This document shows, in pieces, positions 1-7,815 of a stretch of 21,037 nucleotides of DNA (positions within the stretch are counted from its first letter, which is position 1; every line of letters starts with the position of its first letter). The stretch is from an archaeon. Its GTDB lineage: Archaea; SpSt-1190; DYHY01. The stretch is taken from NCBI GenBank assembly GCA_043803745.1, contig JAZDJS010000003.1, positions 1-21,037 on the forward strand. The letters are read 5' to 3'. Under the pieces are notes generated by a model. The model ran no database searches. It was given only the letters and a program-made list of their open reading frames with translations, and was not told the DNA's origin. The position numbers were made by a program, and so were the translations under genes.

Positions 1-328
1 CGGTCTTGACAATAGCAACAACAATTCCCGGCTCAAAATAACTTTCATCTGGATGTTCTGAACTCTTTGGAAATCCTGAAGATTCAAGAGCATACTCCGC
101 AGCCTCAACCAAATTTGCTGGATAATACTGTTCCAGCGCAAGAACTTCGTCTGCAGGAGCGGTCGGAGGAAGCCATTCAGTTGGCGTTGGCGGCGCCTCG
201 GTTGTCGGGGTTGGAGTTGCTCCGCCAATGTCAATGTAGTGCGGGGTATTGATGTCGCAGCCAGCCAAGATGGGTACTGTAACAAGAAGGATAACAAGTC
301 CCGCCCGTCTCATCATCGCGCCCGGCAT
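1..328 (-). CDS. Putative lipoprotein (partial, runs off the left edge), probably with an SLT/lytic transglycosylase-like domain
   Basis: Not in the ORF track. Manual translation from ATG at 328 gives MPGAMMRRAGLVILLVTVPILAGC-DINTPHYIDIGGATPTPTTEAPPTPTEW...ESYFEPGIVVAIVKT, open to the edge. It has a LAGC lipobox and a Pro/Thr linker. EPGIVVAIVKT followed by a codon starting with G fits the SLT motif xPxLVxAIxxxES. AGGAG lies at 340-336 and TTTAAATA at 370-363. Confidence 0.8.
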   Translation of the reverse strand, partial: MPGAMMRRAGLVILLVTVPILAGCDINTPHYIDIGGATPTPTTEAPPTPTEWLPPTAPADEVLALEQYYPANLVEAAEYALESSGFPKSSEHPDESYFEPGIVVAIVKT

Positions 329-362
329 TTTTTCTCTCCTAAAGCAACTAGCTGCCTCATAG

Positions 363-370
363 TATTTAAA
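363..370 (-). promoter_or_regulatory. Archaeal TATA box (TTTAAATA) for the lipoprotein gene
   Basis: TTTAAATA about 35 bp upstream of ATG 328, in an AT-rich intergenic gap. Confidence 0.55.
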
Positions 371-417
371 TTTTGGAGCAAAAATGTCCTTTTTTTGGGC
401 AATAATCAAAGGAAAAA

Positions 418-1017
418 TCAAAGACCTTGTCTCTTTCTGGTAGTGACTATATACAACACAAAACCTGCCAAACCAATCAAAAGCGCGCCTGCCGCAAGAT
501 AGGGCGTCTTTTTCGAAGCCTGCTGCGGCGCAAGCCCGGCAAGCCGGCAGTCCGGGGGGCAGGTTGTCGCCCGCTCCCCCTTCGAACAAACCCCGTCACC
601 GCAATAGGTTACAAGAGCCCGGTCGACAATCCTTCCGTCCTTTAGGAGGATTATCTCGATTTTCTTCCCTGCGTAGTTCTCCTTTTCCGGGAGGAGGAAG
701 CTTGCCTCCTGGATTCTGCTTGCGCTTTCAAGTCCGGTCGAGGAAATCTCCCCGCCATCGACGAAAAGGGAAACCTTGTACTGCTCATCCGAATATTCGT
801 TCGAAATCCATAAGGATGCTCCGGGTCCGGCAACAATTGAGAAGATTGAGGTATTCTCTATTTTCCCTGTTCCGGAAGCCGAAATCCGCGCGTTAACTCC
901 GCTGATTATTGTGGGCGCTTCTTCCTCTGCTGAAGAAAAGGAAACTAAGGAAGAAAGCGTCAGGGCAAGCAGGAAGACGCCGAGGAAAACGGGAAGGACT
1001 CTTTCTCTGTTAGTCAT
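418..1017 (-). CDS. Exported, C-terminally membrane-anchored surface protein with a CGDGxC...CPxDC motif
   Basis: N-terminal signal peptide (VFLGVFLLALTLSSLVSFSSA), motif YCGDGVCSKGERATTCPPDC, and a C-terminal TM helix (LAAGALLIGLAGFVLYIV) followed by the basic tail RKRQGL. It starts 13 bp after the stop of the giant gene. Confidence 0.8.
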   Translation of the reverse strand: MTNRERVLPVFLGVFLLALTLSSLVSFSSAEEEAPTIISGVNARISASGTGKIENTSIFSIVAGPGASLWISNEYSDEQYKVSLFVDGGEISSTGLESASRIQEASFLLPEKENYAGKKIEIILLKDGRIVDRALVTYCGDGVCSKGERATTCPPDCRLAGLAPQQASKKTPYLAAGALLIGLAGFVLYIVTTRKRQGL

Positions 1018-1030
1018 TTTGCGTCAGACC

Positions 1031-4000
1031 TCACGTCAATCCTACGAGATGCCCGGGGTCAATTGTCTGCGCCCCTCCGCCGCTCCCAAAGCAGCAGCCC
1101 TGGCCGGCAAACCCGTAAGAGGCGCAGGTCCGATCTCCGCTCTGCGGGTTCTGGACCTCGTAATGCAAATGGACGTTTGAGGAACAGCCCTGGTTCCCCA
1201 TCCTCGCTATCGGGTCTCCGGTATGAACGGTCTGTCCAATCTGGACCTCTGCGGAATGGGGCATTATGTGGTAGAAAATCGACCTCCTTCCGTCGGGATG
1301 TTCTATTATTATCACGTTCTTGCTGCATTGAAGACAGCCTCCCCAATCTCCGGCATGGCAGGTTGCGCATTCGTCATAGTTCGGGGCATGGGAGCCGTCA
1401 ACCCAGCAGTTGGTTGTCGCGCCATCCTCAACCTTGATGATTGTCCCGTCGAAATCTGCGTAGATTGGCGCTCCCTCGATGTTCCCGGCAACCCCAAGGT
1501 CAAGGCCGTTGTGGGTGCCGCGGGCGCAATACTCTTCGGTAACAATCCCGTTCGGGACCGGGTTGGCATAGCCGCTTGCAGGTATTCCACCGGGATAGGG
1601 CGGGATTGGACCTAGGGGGGTTCCCGGACCGGTTCCCGGGACTCCCGGATTCCCGAAATATCTCCCGCCAAGCCAATCCCCTTCGCAAAGGGCATCGTCG
1701 CCGTTGAAAATTATTCCGGCGGAAGAGGAGGAAGAAGAAGAGCCTCCCGGATATGTTCCCGAAGTCCCGCAATCGTTGTCAAGATAGGGTCCCGGATTTA
1801 TCGTCGGCCTCCCGGTTTCCCCGGTGCAGCAAGTCTTTCCTGCCGCGTTAGCCTCTTCACAACCGGTGTCCCCTGGATCGCGCTCGCCCTCCATTGTGAA
1901 ATGCAGGTGCGGGCAGTTCGCAATCCCCTGCATCCCGACCCGCGCAATAACCTCCCCCCGCTCAACCCGCGCCCCGGGCTGCTTGAATTTTTCCGGAATC
2001 GAGCCCGGCTGAAGGTGTATGTATGTCGTGACTTTCCCGTCCCCGTGGTCTATCACTATCCTGTTTGTCGAGGCAGCCGAATCCTGGTATGTGTAAAGGG
2101 AGGTGTCAAGGGTCTGGCCGACGCACATTGTTGCCGGGTCCGACCCTGCGAGGACATAGCTTCTGGATTTCCTTGAATCGTCCCTTGCGAAACTTATCGT
2201 CCCTGACTGGGCCGCGAGAACCGGAGTCCCCTCGTCAGCGTAAAGGTCGATTGCCTTGTGCCAGTCCGGCCTTGCTACTGGGGGCGCGCAATACTGGGAG
2301 CCCGCGGCAGCATGGTTTCCGCTCGGGACTGGGTTGCAGTATGGGCCTGGGTTCGGAGTCGATCCTGAAGAGGAACCGGAATTGGCCCCGGACAAAAGCG
2401 GGCTTGTGAACTCGATTGTCCCGACAACCGCCTCGGCTTTGTCATATCCGCAGCAGCCCGGACCATAGCTGTTTATCCCCGATTCGGGGACCATTTCCGG
2501 GACGTAGTATTTCTTTGTCCCGACGCCGGGTGGATCGACCGACCAGATTTCCGCTGCCGGAAGATTCATCAGGGTACATTCGGATATCTGGTTGTTCCCG
2601 CCGGTTCCGAAAATCTTCGCAACAGCGGGGGTTGAAACATCCGCGCCAATCCCTCTTTCGCAATCCCTGTTGGTGTACGCGAACTTGAGGCCGAACTTGA
2701 ACTCGTCCGGGATTCCCTCAAGCGTCGTGCTGTCGGCCGGATTCTCCCGGAGCAGTGTTGAAAGCGCCCATCTAGAGTTCGTTATGGTCACCTCGCAGTC
2801 AAGATAGGAAAGCTTCACGTCAAGCTGCTTTTGTCCGGTGAAATGCGCCTGGTTCAGGGTCGGGAGCGGCGGGGCGAACCAGCATTTTTTATCTACGCCG
2901 ATTGGCCGCGGATATGCGCATCCGTTTAGGAGCTTTCCGCTGTCTGGGCCGCCGAAAATGTCGACTCCTAGTTCCGCGAAGCTCAGGGGGTCTGGAAGGT
3001 CGGCGGTGTTCCCCCAGGGCCTTCCGTTGATGCTCACCTGCATTGCATCGAAAATCGCCTGGCTTCCGGGTCCGGCATTCCTGAAATATTCATATGCTTC
3101 CTCGAAAACCCGCCTCCATGCAAGGACTTTCGCCGGATATTCGGTGAAGAGGGCCGGGTCATAGCCGTAGCTGCTTGAGATGAAAACCGGGAGTTCCCAG
3201 CCGCAGTTCGGCCCGTCCGGGTTTGCCTCGTCAAGGGCGCCCGCTCCCGCATTATGGCTTGAGGCAACATATGCAAGATAGCCGGAACAGTCGGAAAGGC
3301 TGCTGTAATATCCTGAGAGGATTTTGATTATCATGGGAGTCTGGACATCCGGAAGTCGCCAGTATGCGGAATCAATCCCGCCGCCGGAACAGCTCCAGCC
3401 GGGAATTGCCGACCTGTCCTCGTCAATTGTCTCCGCGGGGCATCCCTGGGAATCTGCTTTCACGGGAATGTTCGTCCTTCCGTAGCTTACGCTCGGGTCA
3501 TAACCCGGGAGGTCTTGGAGAAATGCGGAGTTTCCGCAGAACTGGCTTGCCTGGAGAGCGAAAAGCCCGACGCCTCCGTCGACTGTTGAGACGCCGCATA
3601 CGTCGAACATGCTTTCGGATGCCGCGATTGCGAAGAGGAACTCCTTCGGCAGCTCGTCGGTTTCCGGAAAATTGCCGGAGCCTTCAAGCGCGGCTGCCCG
3701 GAGGAGCATCCCTATCACGCTTTCCGGGCTTGAGGCAATCTTGTCATATTCGGCCTGGGCAACGTCAATCAGCCTTTCTCCGGCATGCACGCCGGCTCCG
3801 TCCCGGTAATTGACCTCGGAAAGCTCCTGCCACCATTCCTCCGAATAGCCCCGGCCCGGTTTAAGGTAGCCAAGGCTCCAGTCAATCTTGTAAAGCGGGA
3901 TTTCATAGGAACTTCCGGTTGGCACAATCGGGTTGTTCACGCAAAGGCCCTTCGCTCCCTGCGTCTTGTCCCCGCAGGGGACGTGCATTGCCTCTTCCGG

Positions 4001-7000
4001 CCTAAGGCCGGGGTCTGCATCAGTTATGGCGCAATCGTACCAGGGATCTTCTTGAGCGGAAGAACACACATCATGCCATCCTAGGGGCTCAGAAAAGACA
4101 AGATATGTGCAAGAATGCCCTGATAAGCCAGAACAATCCGTTGATTGAAGATCGCCTCCTGCCGAACAATAATATCTGCTTTTGGTGTGGTCAATTGAGC
4201 AGGCTCCCGGAATCTTATCAAGACAATAGTTGATGTAAACGCCATATTCAGACAAGAGCCCCTCGACCCCGGGGCAGGTTCTCGGACGTCCCGCAGCTAA
4301 CTCATTTGCGTAGCCCTTGAAGCATATTTCAATTGGCGTGCTCCTCCCATTCACGTCAACATCGTTCCTGCAGCCTGCGGAATATGCGCTCCCGCCATCA
4401 TAGCTGGTCCCTAGCCGCGGGTCGGAAAGGTCCGTTGCAGACCAACCGCTTGCTCCGAGCCACCAGTTGCAAACCGGCGGTTGGAGCGGGTCGTTCGGGT
4501 CGCAGCAGGGGACTTGCCCGGCAAGCGCCCCGCCGGGGCAGTTCACCCAGTAGTGTCCGCTGTCTCCTCTTGGCCAGCCGCTGGGCAAGCCTTGCCAATC
4601 ATTAATATCTGACCTGTGGGGGGGCCGTTCAATATCGTCAAGGCTTACGCACATGCAAAGATTGAAGTCTGACGGGTTTGCGGGGCTGTCAAGCTCCTCA
4701 TAGTCGAGGGGGTCGTTGGGTTTCCCGGCCTCGTAGCCGAAAACGCAGCAATGGTCGTTTATGTTCCTGCACCATTTGAACTGCCCGTAGCCCTTGTCGG
4801 GGCTGTTCGGATTCATCTCATGGCAAGTGATGCCGTTGCTTACGCAGATTCCCATCGAGCCGGTTTGCTCATCCTCATAGCAGCTGTTCGGGTTGACAAT
4901 TGCCTCGTTAAGGTTCGTTCCCGGATATTCGACAGAATCGACTGCGCAGGAATAGTTGTATACCTGCGCCTTCAGCTGGCAGGACATCCGGTACGGAACC
5001 GAAAGCTGGCCCTCGCAGGTTATGGCCCCCCGGTTCCCGTCAGGGCAGATATAATCCCCGATTTCGCAGGAATCCGCATCGGAGCGCTTGAAGAATCCGG
5101 AAATGCACTCGCCGTTCGGGCCAAGGGTGCAGGAAACCGAGTTCGGGACAATTGTCCTTGTCGGATGCCTTGCGATAAGGCGCGCTTCCTTCAGTATTTC
5201 GGAAATTGAAAAGCCGACAGCCCCGGTTGAATTGTCCTCGGAATAGACGAGCCCGTATCCGCTAAGATACCTTTCCTGGTTGGCAAGCCGGATTGTCGAC
5301 ACCCGTGTTGTGTGGTTTGCCGTCCCGTAAAGCTCGCCCCAGGGGGAAAAGCTCGGCTCAGCCCGCATTGACGAAAGGACTCCGGAGAATTCTTCCTTGA
5401 CGCATATCGGGCCCACGTCGATTTTCTCCTCCCGGGCGAGGTTGTACGCAGCCCTGATGAAACTCCTTGCCCTTGAATCCGGGGAAACCCCGGGCCAGTC
5501 CGCTGTCATGAAAATCTCCCGGTCCCCTTCGAGTTTCTCGAGGAGGAAGCTTTTGAGGATTTTCAGGCGGCCGAATCCGCTGCAAGTCGAGGGGGTGCTC
5601 GGATTGCAGTCGTCGAATTCCTCCTCAGGCGATTCGCTCCCGGTCGCATAGAACTCGATTATGTCGAAATAGTCCGAGGTGCCGCTGTAATACATTTCAC
5701 TTAGGAAGCTGAACTCGGAAAGGGTTGCATACCTGAACCTGGTGTAATTCACCGGGCGTAGGCTTGCGTCATACATGTAGGGCATCCAATAGTCGGAGGA
5801 CTGGCATTCCATCAGGCCGCCTGAGCCGTCCCTCGGAGTGTCGGGCCTTGTGCAGTCGACGTTCTGGGTCGGGAGGCAGTCTATGTTCTCGTGGGTCATG
5901 TATGCCGTTGAGCAGCGCTCAAGATATTTCAGCCCGAGGCACGGCTCCCCGAGGCAGCCGGTTGAAACCGAACCGCAGCCGGCGACCGAACTGTCAAGAT
6001 ATGTGTCGAAGGATTTCGGGTCGTCGGGATATCTGTCGTATCCGCAGGTCGGCGTCGGGGCAAGCGCCGGGAAGATTATCTTCAGGGACGGGCCAGCCTT
6101 TTTCGCCTCAAGGGAAGTGAGCTTCAGCATCCGGGCGAAGTCAATTGGCTCGATTCCCGCCTTTGACCATTCCTTTGCGGAATTCGGGAATTGCCAGGGG
6201 ATCAGGTAGTTTATCCCGTATTCCTCCCACCTCAGGTGCGAGACAAGCTCGCCCGCGAACTTGGCGAAATCGTTGATTCTTTCCGGAGCGGGCGCGGTGT
6301 TCCTGTCCAAATCGAGGGGCTTGTCAGCTTCGGCAACAGCCCATTCCGGAGCCCATCCAAGAACGGGGATTACCTCTATCCCCCTTCCGTAAATCCCTTC
6401 ATAGAACGCGTCAATCTCTTCCCAGTTGTATTCCCCATCCTCCTCCGGCTGGATATCCCGCCATTTCACAGGAAGTTTCACCCAGGTTGCCCCGACTGAG
6501 GCGGCGTTCTCGATTGCCTCCGCGCTGGGTTCCTCAAGGTAAAGGCAGCTTTTCTTGTATCCGCTCTCGGCCGTCGCGTTGTCATAAACTGAGATGTTCA
6601 CCCTGTTCGAAACCTCGTATTCCGAGAAAAGCTCCGCGTATTCGTTCAGTTTTGCGGGGAAGTTGTACCTTATGTTCTCAAGAACGCGGTCGACCAACGG
6701 CTTCAGCGGCCCGCTCACTTCCTGGGGGTTCACGACAATCTCGAAAGCCCTGTCGCTGTCCGGGCAGCGCTCCGGAAACTCATCGGTTTCCCTTGTTGTC
6801 AGGTAGGGCTTGCCCAGCGGGGTCATTTCAGACGCTTGGATGAAACCGCCGTTTTCGGAAACCTCTATCACGGCAAGCTGCAGTGAATATTCCGCAGCCT
6901 TCCTGATGTAAAGGCGCGCCTCCTCGCTTACGTGGAGCGCATTGATGAACTTGTTTTCGGCTGACTCGACAGTTGCGTAAAGGTCAATTGGCCTGTTGAG

Positions 7001-7087
7001 GGCAATCCAGACGTATGCAATGACGCCTATTGCGAAGGCAATCACCAGGAGCCCGAGCCATTCCGCAGCCTGGGATTTCCGTTTCAT
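1031..7087 (-). CDS. Giant (~2018 aa) pilin-leader, Cys-rich multidomain protein: GH-A-like barrel + SLT-like domain + two M23 peptidase domains
   Basis: Start reassigned to ATG 7087 (MKRKSQAAEWLGLLVIAFAIGVIAYVWI), which overlaps the upstream TGA as ATGA. GH5/GH39-like segment GATWVKLPVKWRDIQPEEDGEYNWEEID...GIEVIPVLGWAPEWA (~5380-6560). SLT-like FLFAIAASES...GVGLFAL...SHNAG...EYPAKVL (~3100-3760). M23 #1: HKAID...YIHL...HLHF (~1890-2280). M23 #2: HNGLD...FYHI...HLHYEV (~1100-1560). Confidence 0.9.
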   Translation of the reverse strand: MKRKSQAAEWLGLLVIAFAIGVIAYVWIALNRPIDLYATVESAENKFINALHVSEEARLYIRKAAEYSLQLAVIEVSENGGFIQASEMTPLGKPYLTTRETDEFPERCPDSDRAFEIVVNPQEVSGPLKPLVDRVLENIRYNFPAKLNEYAELFSEYEVSNRVNISVYDNATAESGYKKSCLYLEEPSAEAIENAASVGATWVKLPVKWRDIQPEEDGEYNWEEIDAFYEGIYGRGIEVIPVLGWAPEWAVAEADKPLDLDRNTAPAPERINDFAKFAGELVSHLRWEEYGINYLIPWQFPNSAKEWSKAGIEPIDFARMLKLTSLEAKKAGPSLKIIFPALAPTPTCGYDRYPDDPKSFDTYLDSSVAGCGSVSTGCLGEPCLGLKYLERCSTAYMTHENIDCLPTQNVDCTRPDTPRDGSGGLMECQSSDYWMPYMYDASLRPVNYTRFRYATLSEFSFLSEMYYSGTSDYFDIIEFYATGSESPEEEFDDCNPSTPSTCSGFGRLKILKSFLLEKLEGDREIFMTADWPGVSPDSRARSFIRAAYNLAREEKIDVGPICVKEEFSGVLSSMRAEPSFSPWGELYGTANHTTRVSTIRLANQERYLSGYGLVYSEDNSTGAVGFSISEILKEARLIARHPTRTIVPNSVSCTLGPNGECISGFFKRSDADSCEIGDYICPDGNRGAITCEGQLSVPYRMSCQLKAQVYNYSCAVDSVEYPGTNLNEAIVNPNSCYEDEQTGSMGICVSNGITCHEMNPNSPDKGYGQFKWCRNINDHCCVFGYEAGKPNDPLDYEELDSPANPSDFNLCMCVSLDDIERPPHRSDINDWQGLPSGWPRGDSGHYWVNCPGGALAGQVPCCDPNDPLQPPVCNWWLGASGWSATDLSDPRLGTSYDGGSAYSAGCRNDVDVNGRSTPIEICFKGYANELAAGRPRTCPGVEGLLSEYGVYINYCLDKIPGACSIDHTKSRYYCSAGGDLQSTDCSGLSGHSCTYLVFSEPLGWHDVCSSAQEDPWYDCAITDADPGLRPEEAMHVPCGDKTQGAKGLCVNNPIVPTGSSYEIPLYKIDWSLGYLKPGRGYSEEWWQELSEVNYRDGAGVHAGERLIDVAQAEYDKIASSPESVIGMLLRAAALEGSGNFPETDELPKEFLFAIAASESMFDVCGVSTVDGGVGLFALQASQFCGNSAFLQDLPGYDPSVSYGRTNIPVKADSQGCPAETIDEDRSAIPGWSCSGGGIDSAYWRLPDVQTPMIIKILSGYYSSLSDCSGYLAYVASSHNAGAGALDEANPDGPNCGWELPVFISSSYGYDPALFTEYPAKVLAWRRVFEEAYEYFRNAGPGSQAIFDAMQVSINGRPWGNTADLPDPLSFAELGVDIFGGPDSGKLLNGCAYPRPIGVDKKCWFAPPLPTLNQAHFTGQKQLDVKLSYLDCEVTITNSRWALSTLLRENPADSTTLEGIPDEFKFGLKFAYTNRDCERGIGADVSTPAVAKIFGTGGNNQISECTLMNLPAAEIWSVDPPGVGTKKYYVPEMVPESGINSYGPGCCGYDKAEAVVGTIEFTSPLLSGANSGSSSGSTPNPGPYCNPVPSGNHAAAGSQYCAPPVARPDWHKAIDLYADEGTPVLAAQSGTISFARDDSRKSRSYVLAGSDPATMCVGQTLDTSLYTYQDSAASTNRIVIDHGDGKVTTYIHLQPGSIPEKFKQPGARVERGEVIARVGMQGIANCPHLHFTMEGERDPGDTGCEEANAAGKTCCTGETGRPTINPGPYLDNDCGTSGTYPGGSSSSSSSAGIIFNGDDALCEGDWLGGRYFGNPGVPGTGPGTPLGPIPPYPGGIPASGYANPVPNGIVTEEYCARGTHNGLDLGVAGNIEGAPIYADFDGTIIKVEDGATTNCWVDGSHAPNYDECATCHAGDWGGCLQCSKNVIIIEHPDGRRSIFYHIMPHSAEVQIGQTVHTGDPIARMGNQGCSSNVHLHYEVQNPQSGDRTCASYGFAGQGCCFGSGGGAQTIDPGHLVGLT

Positions 7088-7815
7088 TTCTCGCCGCACC
7101 TCCCATCCGAAACGAACCCGCTGCAGCACTCGGTTCCGCTCGCGGCCGGCGCGCCAGTCTCCTTGCAGAATGGCCTTCCGGCATCGGACGAGGAATATCC
7201 CTCGGCAATCGAAAGGTCGTAGATGAACTGGGCGGTTAGCCTTGCCTGGTTGTCAATGAACGGAGGCACCGGGATGAAGTAGGAGTTGCCGTTCCTTGCG
7301 CTCGCAATCATCCCCTGCTCTCCAAGGGTTGCCTCGAGGGCGGAGCAGTTCTGGCTTTCCTCGGAATAGAGCCCGGGTGAAAGCATCTGGGTCAGGATGG
7401 TCCCGCCGTCGGGCCCCGCAAGCGCATAGTCGAAGCAGTGGTCGGAATATTTGGCAAGCTCGGTTTTCGCGAATTCGCCGAGGATTTCCCTGATGAGGCT
7501 GTCTGCGACAAGGGTTTCCCTGCCAAGGTCATATTCGGTCCTTCCCGTCGCTGCGGAAACCGCCACTAGGTCGTAGAATGAGATCGGGAAATGATTCAGG
7601 TAGCCGACGGTCTTGTAGGAAAGCGCCTGGAGCGTCGGCTTCTGATCCCCCTCGAGGGTCTTCTCCGAAATGTTGAACTGGACCTTGAGCTGGGTTGTCG
7701 CGATTATTATGACCGCCCCTATCACAAGGATTGCCGCGAGAATGACTATCAGAAGCGGCATCCCGAACTGGGCCTTTCTTCTGCTATGCGCCAGTTCCAA
7801 CGCCTCCCTCGACAT
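7084..7815 (-). CDS. Type IV pilin-like protein (class III signal peptide), no recognisable enzyme domain
   Basis: RRKA|QFGMPLLIVILAAILVIGAVIII leader and a Cys-rich C-terminus (FCKETG...ECCSGFVSDGRC). The start is uncertain: ATG 7815, TTG 7800 (after GGGAGG) or 7851. It overlaps both neighbouring genes. Confidence 0.75.
   Translation of the reverse strand: MSREALELAHSRRKAQFGMPLLIVILAAILVIGAVIIIATTQLKVQFNISEKTLEGDQKPTLQALSYKTVGYLNHFPISFYDLVAVSAATGRTEYDLGRETLVADSLIREILGEFAKTELAKYSDHCFDYALAGPDGGTILTQMLSPGLYSEESQNCSALEATLGEQGMIASARNGNSYFIPVPPFIDNQARLTAQFIYDLSIAEGYSSSDAGRPFCKETGAPAASGTECCSGFVSDGRCGEK

Noticed and set aside
1355-1369. CATCH (CxxCH) heme-c motif within the second M23 domain
   Set aside because: A single occurrence in a very Cys-rich protein, inside a variable loop, with no cytochrome context. 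Chance is likely.
7088-7129. ORF-track start of the giant gene at 7129
   Set aside because: ATG 7087 gives an ATGA coupling with the upstream stop and places the prepilin leader at the N-terminus.
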